A stretch of DNA of 64,000 bases from the human T2T-CHM13v2.0 reference genome, Homo sapiens. Positions 42,869-58,894 of this stretch are shown one piece after another. Both the position numbers and the translations under genes were made by a program. Every line of letters begins with the position of its first letter. Positions within the stretch are counted from its first letter, which is position 1. The stretch lies in the NCBI RefSeq assembly GCF_009914755.1, contig NC_060947.1. One strand, given 5' to 3'. The notes beneath the pieces are model-generated. The model was not told where the DNA came from. It searched no databases and was given only the letters and a program-made list of their open reading frames with translations.

Positions 42869-43136
42869 AAGAGTAACATAATCAAAATATCTTGAAAACA
42901 CAATTTTTCTGAATTTAGGTAATTAATATGCCAAAAGGTAGATATGACTAATGAAACCATAAAATATATCATCTGAAAACCATTGACAACATGCATCTTC
43001 TCCTTTCTCTACGGTTCCTCTAAAAGATTGTGATTTGAGATTTAGTGAGCTCCTGCCACATGTATTATATCCACAACTCATTTGCTAAAGGACCATCTTT
43101 GAAATAATAAATTTTGCTCTCATTCTACCGGAAGTT

Positions 43137-43630
43137 TGTATTATTAATAAAAAAAAAACCATGAGATCTGCGGAGGCAAAAAGAGTGCTTTATTTTCTGG
43201 AATCAATCTATGGATTAGAGAAATACAAATTTTCTGGAATCAATCTATGGATTAGGGAAATACAGCCTTTGGGACAAAGCAACAATGCACTCTGAGGAGG
43301 GTTTGAAGAATTAGATATTATAAAGGCAAAAACTACAAGACTAGGGAACAGGATAAGGGGAGTGAGGAACAGAGAATTGATTGGATGCCCTGTAAGCATA
43401 AAACTACAAGTCTCTCTTTTTTGACTGACTTTAGATGGTCAACTGGGGAATTCACAGCTACAATCTATTTTGGTTTTGCTTCTCCTAGAAAGGGAAGTCT
43501 TGCGACATTTTTGCAACATTTTTTAAAATCACACAATGTGTAACTGCCCCTCATCCTACTATGGCTGCCTGGTTCTCCTTTAACTTGAGCATCTCATTTA
43601 GCCACAGGCAGTCCATTTTGTCTATAGGTT
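43137..43630 (-). mobile_element. Probable ERV1 solo LTR (MER67-like)
   Basis: ccatgagatctgcggaggcaaa..gctttattttct start, gattggat box, ggcagtccattttg end. Family recalled, not verified. Confidence 0.5.
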
Positions 43631-44077
43631 GGGGCATAATTTGACAGTATTAATTCTCTCATTTTGTTTCTTAGTTCTGCCTGTAGGGATTTAGTCTTAA
43701 GTATGGGAAATGTTTTGTGTGCTTCTTGCCATACATTTCTCTTTGCATGTTTGCATGCTTCTTGCCACAACTTCCTTTCCGTGATCCCTATCCTAATCTC
43801 CTCTATTCTTGTCTCTTTATTCATATATTTTCCACATCAGTCAGGCATTGATGGTTCTAATTTTTGTTATCTTTGAGATTTAACGCTTTGTGTAACCAAC
43901 ATAATAACATACGCTCCTCTCAGTTCTGCCAAGTTGTAATGTGATTTATGTATTAACTCATTTTATTGGGCTCTTCTTAGTTCCTACCTTTAAGGTATGG
44001 TAGATATAGGTTATGGGAATTAAACTGTGGCTGAGTTGGTATTCCTTAGCTGCAATAAATATTGTTGCTGAAATTTT

Positions 44078-44943
44078 TGTTAACTTAAAGGAAAAATGAA
44101 TTATACATTTAGAAAAAGAGAGAAAACTATTTCTTGTAAGGGTCTACCACCTGCAAGGTGGCCATCCTGCAAGGTACCAAGATGGCAGGCTAAGAAGCAT
44201 GCCTCCGGCCAAAACCAGTCACAGGCACTTCAAAGGAGGAAGGGATGGGGTGGGAGCTTTAGGCTGAGCAGGTTGGCTAAACATACATATTCAACAGGTT
44301 ATAGAAGGAGATATGAATATTTATAAAGGTGGTCTTTATACATGTGTATTGAGCAAGCATGCATGTGACATACAACCAATGTTCACTTTGAGGTGGAGAC
44401 TTAATATTTAGATATATTACAATTAAGCCCTGTACATCAAAGTTCTTTTTAGGATACAAAGTACACAATCTCTGTAAACTGGCCAGAACCAGGTCATGGT
44501 CAGTGCACTTCTTATCAGAAGAAAGTTTCTGAAATCAAAGCCATAGTTACAGCTAACTCAACATTTGTGGACTGGATGCATTGTAATTGTCTTAATATTG
44601 CTCACCTTGGGGCCAGTGATTGTTTAACTGCTAGAGAAAAAAATTCTTGTGGCAGTTAGAGCATAATTTATTTTAAGTGTAGGAATGCATGAATTTTTCC
44701 ATGCCTGGCATGCCCTCAGGTCCTGTTCATAATTTGGTGTCTATTGCCACAGAAAGTTTGTTCTGTCAGTCTTTTATGATTTCTATGTCAACATTAATGC
44801 TGGTCAGTTGTATCTAAACCACCAAAGGGAAGGAGTATAATAAGGCTTGTTCTCATCATGGCTGGGAACTAAGTTTTTAAGGTGTTTCTGGGGTCCCCTT
44901 GGCCCAGAGGGGACAAGACTTAGGATTTCATTTATAGTTTACA
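44078..44943 (-). mobile_element. ERV1 solo LTR, MER4 group (MER4D-like)
   Basis: tgttaac...gtttaca ends, ctgcaaggtggccatcc and ggggtccccttggcccagagggg. Confidence 0.8.
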
Positions 44944-45386
44944 CTTCTTATGCCTGACACTTTTTCCTAAATATTATACTTAATATAAATTCCCCAAAGA
45001 GAAAGTTAACAGGCCCAGAGAAGCAGGAGTAGGAGACCTTAATACTGTGGATGCATTATGAAATTCCTGTGCTCTGGTGCACGTAGAAAGGAGTGGAATA
45101 GTTTAAGATAACATTTTCTGATTCACTGTTTTTCCTGAGGCTTACATTGTATCACTGTGTAGAATCATAAGTCTCCTAAGGCATTGGAATACATGTTTAG
45201 AGGAAATGATGCCTTGTTTTCAAAGTGGCAGCTCCAAGAATTTTCTACTCTATTTTAGGTGATAGAACTTTGTAGTCACTTGATATGTACAATTCTATGT
45301 AGAAACCAGTGCTTTATTTATAGTTGCAGCTGATCCCTCCTTCCTAGCTGTGAGAAGCATGTGTAGTTTGATAAGGGAGGTTAGTA

Positions 45387-45525
45387 TTTTTTATTTCAAT
45401 ACTTTTTGGGAAACAGGTGGTATTTGGTTGGATAGAAAAGTTATTTAGTGGTAATTTCTGAGATTTTAGTGCACCCATCATGGGAGCACTGTACAGTATA
45501 CCCAGTGTGTAGTCTTTTATGCCTT
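45387..45525 (-). mobile_element. L1PB 3'-terminal fragment
   Basis: tttttgggaaacaggtggtatttggtt..tttctgagattttagtgcacccatca. Confidence 0.85.
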
Positions 45526-45684
45526 CTTTATTTCCCGACTCCTTGTCTCTCAGCTTGCTGGTTGGGTAGGAAAGTGAGGCGTCAGGGATGAGAAAAAAAA
45601 AGGGAGTCAGGAAAGTTTTTATTTAATTAATACTATTGTCAGTTGTCTTCATGTGTTCTGGGCCTGCCTGTTACTTTTCAAATT

Positions 45685-45890
45685 TATTTTTAATTATTCA
45701 TTATAGTAGTTTTTGGGGAACAGGTTTTTTGCTACATGGATAAGATCTTTATTTGTAAGTTCTAAGATTTTGGTGCAACCATCACCCAAGCAGTGTACAC
45801 TGTACCTGATGTGTAGTCTTTTATCCCTCACCACTTTCCCATCCTTTCCTCCAAACCCCCAAAGTCCATTATATTATTCTTATGCCTTAT
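45685..45890 (-). mobile_element. L1PB 3'-terminal fragment
   Basis: tttttggggaacagg..gtgtacactgtacc..gtagtcttttatccctcac..cttatgcctt. Confidence 0.85.
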
Positions 45891-46221
45891 TGTTGGCTAT
45901 TTGTTAGAGTTATTCAATACACACTGCATTAGGGGCATTTCAAATTGTAAAATATGTTATGTTCTCTTAAAGAGTTTATAACCTAACAGGAAAAATAAGG
46001 TGTATTGCCTAATTGGTAAAGATAAGGTGATCCAAAAAAACAAAATGAAAGAATAAAATGAGGCTTTGTTGTGTGGTATCTACCAACACTACCCAACTAT
46101 AGGTTTGTAGAATGTTGAAGCAACTCCATATTATCTTACTACTGCTCCTTGCCCTACTCCCAATATCATCATGAAAGCTCTGTTATATTACTTTTATTTT
46201 ATTTTATTTTACTTTAAGTTC

Positions 46222-46671
46222 ATCATTTTCTTTCATCACTTTGTCCAGTGAATTTAGGAGCAAACAACCAACTTCATTATATTCCTTGGTTCTCCACAGA
46301 TGGTTAAAGGTATTATGTATAGAGTCACTAAACTCCTTGCCTCTCAAGAGCGGTGAATCAGGAGTATCAAATGCATTTATTTTGCTTAACTCTCCAAACA
46401 GGCCTAAGAATTCTAAGGAATCTACTTCTAATAGTATGGAGAACACTGATACTCCTTGGCCTGAGGATTATCAGTGTTCCTGGAGTTAGCTGCTTAATAT
46501 GATTAGACCCAAGAATGCTAAGGATAGTCCTATCAGTGTTCTCCATACTACTAGAAGTACAGTCCTTAGCATTCTTGGGTCTAAACAGCTAGCTCCAGAA
46601 ACCCCAAAGCCAATGGAAGAACTCCATCCTTAATATTCTGTTCCTCTAGAACCACTCCTGGTACCAAAATC
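46222..46671 (-). mobile_element. HERV-L internal 5' fragment (PBS-Leu, leader, gag start), internally rearranged
   Basis: Minus strand gattttggtaccaggagtggttc. Peptide KINAFDTPDSPLLRGKEFSDSIHNTF..LDKVMKENDEL is the HERV-L gag N-terminus. Confidence 0.88.
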
Positions 46672-47000
46672 TGTATTAGTCAGGGTTCTCTAGAGGGACA
46701 GAACTAATAAGATAGTTGCATATATAAAGCGGAGTTTATTAAGGAGTACTGACTCAGACAATCACAAGGTGAGGTCTCAAAATAGGCCGTCTGCAAGATG
46801 AGGAGAAAGGAAGCCAGTTCGAGTCCCAAAGCTGAACAACTTGGAGTTGGATGTTCAAGGGCAGGAAGCATTTAGCACAGGAGAATGATGTGGGCCAGAA
46901 GACTAAACCAGTCTTTTCTTTTGATGTTCTTCTGACTGTTTTCATTCTGGCAGCACTAACAGCTGATTAGATTGTGCCCACTCAGATTAAGGGTGGGTTT
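46672..47000 (-). mobile_element. MLT2A LTR, 5'-truncated
   Basis: tgtattagtcagggttctctagagggacagaactaata...gctgattagattgtgccca..cagattaagggtggg. Confidence 0.9.
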
Positions 47001-47555
47001 GGATGTAGATTTATATAGAGAAACATAGCAACTCTTAGGTATGGCACTTTTATAGTTATTGCGGGGTATTTTAAAAATTGTTGCTTTCCAGACTTTAAAA
47101 TAATATTAGCAAAACAAGAAAATTACACAGACTTTTGGATGTTTACTTATACTTTTTAGGTAGTTTGAATAGAGAGATCAAATGTATCATGGTTTAAAAC
47201 ATAAGGACTTGATTTTTTTCTGTAATAATTATATACTAGCAAATACTATTATTTTTAATTTAACAGATTAAATTATCATAATGACTGACTATGCTTAAAA
47301 ATAAGAAATTTCCAAAAATTTAAAAGTGGCTTTAAAAAATGTCTGCACAGCAGCTTTTAGATTTGATAAACAAATGGATTCATGAAAACAGAAACAATTA
47401 TTATTATAGTTTTTATTTTGTAAATTTGCCAGACTAAATGTTTTATTAAATTTGTGTCTACTTTAAAAAGTCTGACTGCTAAAACAGTTATATAAATATA
47501 AACCATATCATTGTCTAATTTCATCATGTTACTTTATTTTTTATTTTCTGATTTA

Positions 47556-47751
47556 TTATTATTATTACTATGTCAATCGTTTTGGGGAAACAGGTGGTGT
47601 TTGGTTACATAGATAAGTTCTTTAGGTGTGATTTCTGAGATTTTCATGCACTCATCATCAGAACAGTGCATGCTGCACCCAATTTGTAGTCTTTTATCCC
47701 TCACCCGCCTCCCATCCTCCCCTCAAGTCCCCAGAGTCCATTGTGTCATTC
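47556..47751 (-). mobile_element. L1PB 3'-terminal fragment
   Basis: ttttggggaaacaggtggtgtttggttacat..gtccccagagtccattgtgtcattc. Confidence 0.85.
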
Positions 47752-51742
<3,991 letters not shown>

Positions 51743-51944
51743 TGCTTTAGTAGCTACTGATTGTGTAAATAGCTAATAAAAGGGATGTCAACGAAGGCTT
51801 GACTACCTTTCACAGTATTCCAGCATCATTATCTGCATATGCAGACTTCAATAAACAGACATTAACACTGTAAAAAAAAAAAAAAGAAGAATATCAAATT
51901 TGGAAATAAGGTGTTCAGCTACATTTTTTCAAGAAAATTGTTAT

Positions 51945-52265
51945 GGTGTTAAAGCCAAACACTTGGTAAATATGGTAGAAAGATATTTTACTCAGTAATC
52001 ATTATTGCAAAACAGGAGATACCTCAGTGTAACCTGAGCTTAAGCTTAACTCTGGTGAAAGAAAAAGCAGGAGACTTTTAAAATACAGGGATGTGCATTT
52101 TAAAAAAGATACTAAAGAGATAAAGGGCTTTAAGTGGGTGGGGAGTTGGTCCATGAGAGTAGTCCATCTGGGTTTGTTAATTGCCACTTATCTCAAGGAG
52201 AGACAAACTTCTATCTTTATGAAGGAGAAAGGAGGGAGTTGAGTAAGTTGGAGCATGGTGCCCAT
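51945..52265 (-). mobile_element. Possible old ERV1 LTR remnant (MER31/MER67-like)
   Basis: ttattgcaa..ggaga..aactc and ctgggtttgttaattg motifs. Weak recognition only. Confidence 0.35.
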
Positions 52266-52666
52266 TGTTAAGGGAAAACCTTAGACAGATTAAATTTAAG
52301 AGAGTTTAATGGAGCAAAGAATTATTCACAGATTGAGCAGCCATCCAAGTGAGTAGGCTCAGGGAAACTGCAGCACAGTCACATGGTGGAAGAGTATTTA
52401 AGGGTAGCAAAAGGAAAGGGAGGTACAGAAAAATGGAAATCAGGTACAGAAACAGCCAGATTGGTTACAGCTTAGCTTTTGCCTTATTTGAACATGATTT
52501 GAATAGTTGGCCACTTATGATTGGCTGAAAGTTGGTGATTGGTACAAGAGCAGGTTACAGTTTGTTGACACATCCAGTTAAGTTTCAGTTTACTGTGTAT
52601 AAAGACACTTTAGGCCAAACTTAAAATATGTAAGGAGGCAGCTTTAGGCTAAAATTGATTTAAAAA
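52266..52666 (-). mobile_element. MER57-type LTR (3' LTR of a proviral remnant)
   Basis: gattggttacagct..gccttatttgaaca..taggccaaacttaaaatatgtaaggaggcagctttaggctaaa. Confidence 0.85.
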
Positions 52667-55620
52667 TTTCTCTCTCAAAATTGAGAGAATGACCACACTT
52701 TAGTCATTGATGTCACTATCATCACAGTAAATGTACTTATTTGTTCTGAATACCCACTGGGAAATAGCAGAACAGTGGGTTTTTAAGGTGGGAACGAGAA
52801 CTTCAGGTTATTGTTTTCAAAAGCGTTAGAGAAGAGGGAACTTCCTTGTATTGGAATCTACTGTTTACAGGAGAAAAACAAAACCTGGTCTGTTTTAGGA
52901 TCTGTTTCCTTAAAGTTTCAGATCAGTTATGATGCATTTAGCATGAGTGACTCCATTTTGGTTTCTTCTGGTCTGTTGGGGTCTAATGCATGAGCTCAGT
53001 CCGAAACAATGGTCTCTCATAATTTTGTTAAAAAATCTCCCCATTTTGAAAACCTCAAACTCACTTAGGTAAGAATATGACCAAAACTTAGATCTTAGTG
53101 CCACTCTCAGTTACTGTCATTTGGGGTTTCCAGTCTCAGCATGCCATTCATATGTCGTGGTGTTCTAATGGTCACATATTTCTTTGAGATTTTTTCATTC
53201 CAGTTGAAGAAGGGACCATTTGACATTCGAGAGATGGCTATATGCAGACATTTAAAACTCTCGAGATGATACAGCACATCAAGATTACTATTATCACTAT
53301 CAGGAGGATAATACGAAGAGTTTGGAGTATCCTCTTTAGCCAGGGTCCCCATGAACCAAATCAACTAAAATCAAATAGGTCAAAGAATGAGCCACGTAAA
53401 GAGTCTACTCGCTTTAACCAAGCAGCCTGTTTGTTAATCCCCTACAATTGAATCTCTATGATACCCAGTGTATGTCTCCATGTACAACTAGAAGTATCAG
53501 CAACCTTAGTGACACTGCTCTGTTTAGCTAGTAAGTAATCTACAGCAATTCTATCATTTAGCACAACTTTAGCAAGAGAATTTAATAAATATTATGTAAT
53601 CATAGCCTTTGCAGTAGAATCTGCTATAAAGCCTACTGTGAGGGATAAATTTCTAATTGTTGCCTCATTTACTCCAAACTATGGAAAAAGACACCTAACA
53701 AATGATGCCAGTCCAGAATAGTGAAGGTCTCCTAGCAATGTTCTCTTTAATCTATGATATTGGTTAAGAGGGGTGGACCAGTGTTCAAGTTCTCATTATG
53801 AAGCAACAAGGCTACAGTTTCTCACCCACACAGGCCCTTCATCTTTCATTTATCAAGGCATAAGGTTGTCCATATAAAAGTTTGGCTATGAAATTATCCT
53901 CAAATGAAAGTATACCCCATTAGTGCACACAAGAGACTGCTTTTTTAGTTCTATTGTTTGTTTAGGCATAAGCAATGAAAAAATTGAGGGATAAGAGTTT
54001 CATTGAATTTAGTTTCATGATTACATTTATTTATGGCATGTGAGACAGGTTTTCTGTTTTAGCGGTGATATAAAGTTTTCTTTTGAAACAAACTTGAGTA
54101 AAAAGGCAAAAAAAAAGGCTCTTGACAGCAGAGAAGTCTTGATCTTTGATATGGGGAAAAAGCTGTCCACACAGGTGATGCCATCTGCTTCTGGGGAGAA
54201 ACTATCCTAGTTAGCTTTACTTTAAGGTCTCCAATGGGCATACAGTTTCAAAGATCTGGATGGTTACTTCTTGGTTGGGAGATTACAAACTCATTGTTCA
54301 AGGTCCTAAAGTTTTGCTGCAGTGTGAATGGCAAAGACAGTCTTTCTCTGCTGTTGTTCTTAGAAGATCCAATCTCTAAGTTCTATACTGTAAAGATGTT
54401 GATTGTTCTCACTCAGTGGACCATGAAAAGCTTTTTTTTTAATCTGTTGAAAATATGATTTGGCATAATGCATTAAAGCCTTGCAGGATTTAGTCATACC
54501 AGAGTTTAGGAGTGGATGATATATGATGTTTTATTATTAGGTCCATAGGCTTTCCAGATACTATTTTATAAGGTGTCAACTTGTGTTTTACACTGGAAGT
54601 GGATCTGATTGTCATCAGTCTACAAGACCTTTGACCAAAGCAATCCAGTCAATTCAGTTAGCCGTGCTTAATGATGTTGCATCTGTAATACCTTTTTTTT
54701 TTTTTTAACTCTTTTACAACTTGTCCAGTGAAACAAGTAATTACATCACTGGAGACTTCTCTAAGAATGCCCTATGAGGAAAACATATTTCCTAATAAAC
54801 TTTTAGCTGCTGTTACAACTGTTACAATATAAACCCTCTGGCACAGGAAAGCTTTTTTTTTTTCCGGAGGCAGAGTATCGCTTTGTCGTCCAGGCTAGAG
54901 TGCAGTGGCAATCTCGGCTCACAGCAACCTCCGCCTCCCAGGGTCAAGTGATTCTCCTACCTCAGACTTGAAAGCTTTTATACAACCAGAAAAAATGCAT
55001 GGAAAATGACAATTTAGTAAAATCACTCTATAAATGTTTAAATGGGTCATCAGGTAGCAGAAGTGTACCTGAAGTTTTGATTATCATCCCAAGAATATGA
55101 GTTTGATAAACCAAACATTGGTCATGAACTATTTCAGCAATTTAGAATAGTAACCACACCAATATATAAATTTTTAATTTGGATCATTTTAACTCTTTCA
55201 TGATGAGTCTTGGAATGCAGAGCTTTTAATAACAAAAGCTTTAAGGACTCAGAAGGGACTGAGCAGCTATACAGCTTCTCCATGAGTTTATGTTTAACAT
55301 TAGACTTATGTCCTCTTAAATATCAGTTTTGTTTCTCCTATTTAGGTGCAGAGACCTGATAACTGATGGGTTATGACAGCAAAATTAATTTGGACCATGA
55401 ACATCATTAAAACTGCATATCCAAACAATTTTATTACTGACTGGTTTAGAACAAAAATCTGGCAAAGTATTTTCTTGGTATTCAACTAATTTTTTGTGCT
55501 CCTTCAGTTAGCAGTTTATAAACAAATAAGTCTCTTCATTAACATTCTGGGAATTTTTACCTAGCCCAAATGATAAGATCATAAAGTTACCAGCAACCTG
55601 TATTCAATAGTGCTTGTCGG
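52667..55620 (-). mobile_element. MER57/MER4-group internal sequence (decayed env-like and non-coding parts)
   Basis: Contiguous with the LTR. MER4-int motifs such as gagtgactccattttggttt and gagaagtcttgatct..ggggaaaagctgtccac. Confidence 0.7.
54857..54968 (-). mobile_element. 5'-truncated Alu (distal part of the right arm only)
   Basis: T tail plus caggctagagtgcagtggc..aacctccgcctccc. TSD gaaagctttt on both sides. Confidence 0.85.
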
Positions 55621-58165
55621 CTGCTCCCAAATTCAAGAAAAAATGAATTGTCTTACCTGCCACATTCAGTGTTGCCCAAGGCTCTGTCTCTTTGATGATG
55701 ATGTCAGATTTGGAGACAGTTGGAACAGAGGGCCCGTTCAGCTCAAAGCCATTACTGGAGTCTTTTGGCTCTTGGGACAGTCCTTTTTCTAGTGTCTGGG
55801 CTGATAGTAGAGGGGGCAGGCCTTGTAGGGCTTTCTCCCATTTAGCCCATCAAGGCGGTTTACCTTCCAGTGGCCTGGCATTACGCACCAATGGCAATTC
55901 CCTGGGAGGGAATTTTTAGGGCAACCTCTAGAGGGCTGGTAGACTTGTAAAGCAGCCAATAATTGAACGTGTCTCCTGTCTTTCCATTGCTCCTTCTCTT
56001 TGGCCCCTTTCTTTTCATCTTGATCTCAGTTATAAAAAACTGAGGAGGCCAATTTGAGGATTTCTGACATAGGGCATTAGGTCCCAAAGCTAGCCTTTGC
56101 AATTTTCTCCTAATATCTGAAGCAGCTTGGGTAAGGAAGTGGTCTTTTAGGACTAATTGGCCTTCTGGGGATCCTGGGTCTAGGTTTGCATGTTTGATAA
56201 GAGTTTCCTAGAGAATCTCAAGAAAGGCTGTGGGGTTTTCATTTGGCCCTCAGTCTATGGTGGCTAACTTATAATTTTCAGGTTTAACTTTACTCCTTTT
56301 TATTCCCTCTATTAGGTATAGTAGCATATGCTTTCTGGCCCATATTCCTACTGGGTATTATAATTCCAACTGGGATCCTCATAGGGAACAACTGTAGCTC
56401 CTATGGGGTAGTTGACATTTGCCAAGTGCAGGTCATCCTTGCAACAGAGTGCTGCCTCACAGGTATTTTTTTTTTTTCTTATGAGAGAGTTTGTCCTAAG
56501 AGGATGCTTATATCCCTCCAGGTAAGCTCAAAAGTAAGAGTTAATTTACAGAAACCCTCTATGAATTTCTCGGGATAATCCATAATTTTCCCAGGTCTTC
56601 CTTAACTTGAGAAAGGTCCTGCATAGAAAAGGGAACTTGGACTGTGACTGGCCTGTTGGTCCACTTACCACTTGTAATGGGCAGAGTCTGGAGAGTGGGT
56701 TAGAGGGCCCAGTGTAAGGCAGGGCTGACTTGATAGTCTTGATAGTAGGATATGTAGGGGAAGGAGTTGGGGTGTCTGTTTCTCGTATTTGCTCTTGGAT
56801 GGGGGAGGCTGAGGAATCTTTGGTGGAGGGCTCTGGAGCAGACAATGGAGCATAGCCAGGATGGTTTTCTCTATTCTACAGGCCTTACAAAGATCAGAGT
56901 TTTCCCTCAGGGCCATGAAGGCTTGCAAGTAGGGGATCTCTGACAATTTGCCCTGACTTCAGCAGAAAGAGTCAAATGGTGGATGGTATTAAAATCCAAA
57001 CTTCCTACTTCTGGCCAGGCTTCCTGGTCTGATAGTTCATAGGATAGAGGAGATATCACCCCACTTATTCCTATGATAACCCATAAAGGTGAGGCATTCC
57101 TTGCCTTTGCCTAGGTAAGGCACCCTGTGCCTCTACCTATTACCCATAAAGGTGAATCATCCCTTACCTTTGAGGGGCTCCAGAATCAGCATAGGGCTCC
57201 AGATGCCCAGTCCCTTAGGTCCCCCTTTTAATCACATAAGCAACAAAGGAAGCCCCAGGAGTATTTTCTGTCTGATTTCTCAACAAACAACAAGAAGCAC
57301 CTGAGGGCTTCATGGTTTGGCAATAATGGCCTTATAAGACAAAAAAAAAAAAAAAGAAAAACCTCCCCAAGGCCCATAAGAGACCCTAGATGTAAAGAGA
57401 TACGGAAGAATGAGTAAGAGGGCCGCAGATGGCTGTCCAGAGCAGTTGGACGGCCTGTTTAAGGAACCATAAAGTGAAGTGTTTTAGAAGAGTATTCAAC
57501 TGGAGAAGGACTGATAGTAAATAAAGGATGCCTTTAAATGAGGATCGTGCCAGTTTTGGCCCCAGTAGTGAGAAAGGAGGTAAGAGAAAGGGTGAAGGTG
57601 AACTGCATTCGTGGGGAAAAAATAAATATACAGTTCAAAGGAGGCATATAGGGAATTTCAACTCCCAGCAGTAATGTAAACACAGCATGACCCAGAAGAG
57701 CAGGCCCTGCAAGGGGTTTGCATGTGGAGGAGGTATTCAAGAAAGCCCCTCCATGGGCAAAGAGACAGCAATGAGTAGGTGGACTGATTTGTGATATTGA
57801 TTACCTGCAGGGGCATATTTTGTCTGGGAAATAAAATGGAGTAAAAGGGAAGGAAAATAGCCAACTCAAAGGAATATGGTAGTTTTAGTTAAAATATATA
57901 GAATTCTCTAGTCATTGCATGGCCTAGGCCATTCCCCGCCAACAGGTCAAGCCTCCTGTCAGGGAGAATTACGGTAACTTAGATCTGCATGATGTGGTCT
58001 TTAAGTCCTCCCACCTCCACTTGCCACCTTTCTGGGTGAGCTGAAAAATCAGCCAGAGGGAGCAAAAGTTACTGTAATTGAAGGGAATTGTACTGGGGAG
58101 TTGAAAGTGAGCAGGAGAAGGAAAGCCTCATTTTAAAGTAGCAAGAATTGCGTTAGAATTAGAAT

Positions 58166-58787
58166 AGTAAAGAGGAAAAAATGTCAAACTCTATAAAATA
58201 TTTGAAGAGATTTATTCTGAGGAAAATATGAGTTACCATGGCCCCTGGCACAGCCCTCATGAGACCCTGACAACATATGCCCACTTGGTCAGGGTGAAGC
58301 TTGGTTTTATACATTTTAGGGAGTCATGAGACATCAATCAAATACATTTAAGATATGCATTAGTTTGGTCCAGAAAGCCAAGACTACTCGAAGTGGGGGC
58401 TTCCAGGTTATAGGCAAATTTAAAATTTTTTTCTGATTGGCAATTGGTTGAAAGAGTTATTATCAATGGAAAGGAATGTCTGGGTTATGACAAGAGGCTG
58501 TGGAGACAAAAGTTTTATCATGCAGATGAAGCCTACAGGTAGCTGACTTCAAAAACAATAGATTGTAAATGCTTCTTATCAGACTTAAGGTCTGTGTTGA
58601 TGTTAAATGCTTGTCAGCTTTTCTTGAAATCCAAAAGGGAGGAGGGCATAATGAGGCATGTCCAACCCCGCTTCCCATCATGGCCTGAACCAGTTTTTCA
58701 GGTTAAATTTAGAGTGCCTTGGCTGAGGAGGGAGTTCATTCAGATGGTGGGGAGGGGGAGGGCTTCAAATTTTATTTTTGGATTACG
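58166..58787 (-). mobile_element. MER4A-type solo LTR
   Basis: aaaatatttgaagagatttattctgag..cttggttttatacattttaggga..cttcccatcatggcctgaac..tttatttttgg. Confidence 0.88.
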
Positions 58788-58871
58788 TAGGAAGAAGCAG
58801 AGGCAGTCTAATGGGGGTCTGAAATTTCTCCTGGCACTTACCTCAGAGAACCCTGCTTGGACTAGGCAAAG

Positions 58872-58889
58872 TCCTGGGTTTCAGCACCA
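58872..58889 (-). promoter_or_regulatory. Primer-binding site, tRNA-Phe
   Basis: Reverse complement TGGTGCTGAAACCCAGGA vs TGGTGCCGAAACCCGGGA (16/18; both changes are CpG decay). Confidence 0.85.
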
Positions 58890-58894
58890 AGGAA

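Larger units (their letters stand above)
55621..58890 (-). mobile_element. ERV1 internal 5' region with decayed gag (about 55850-57050), interrupted by a MER4A LTR
   Basis: Peptides SEIPYLQAFMALRENSDLCKAC (56665-56946) and a gag CA-like segment ending QRLALGP (near 56100). Ends at a PBS. Confidence 0.78.

Noticed and set aside
46222-47000. Retrocopy of a HERV-L transcript
   Set aside because: The LTR fragment extends upstream of the expected TATA/TSS and no TSD is visible.
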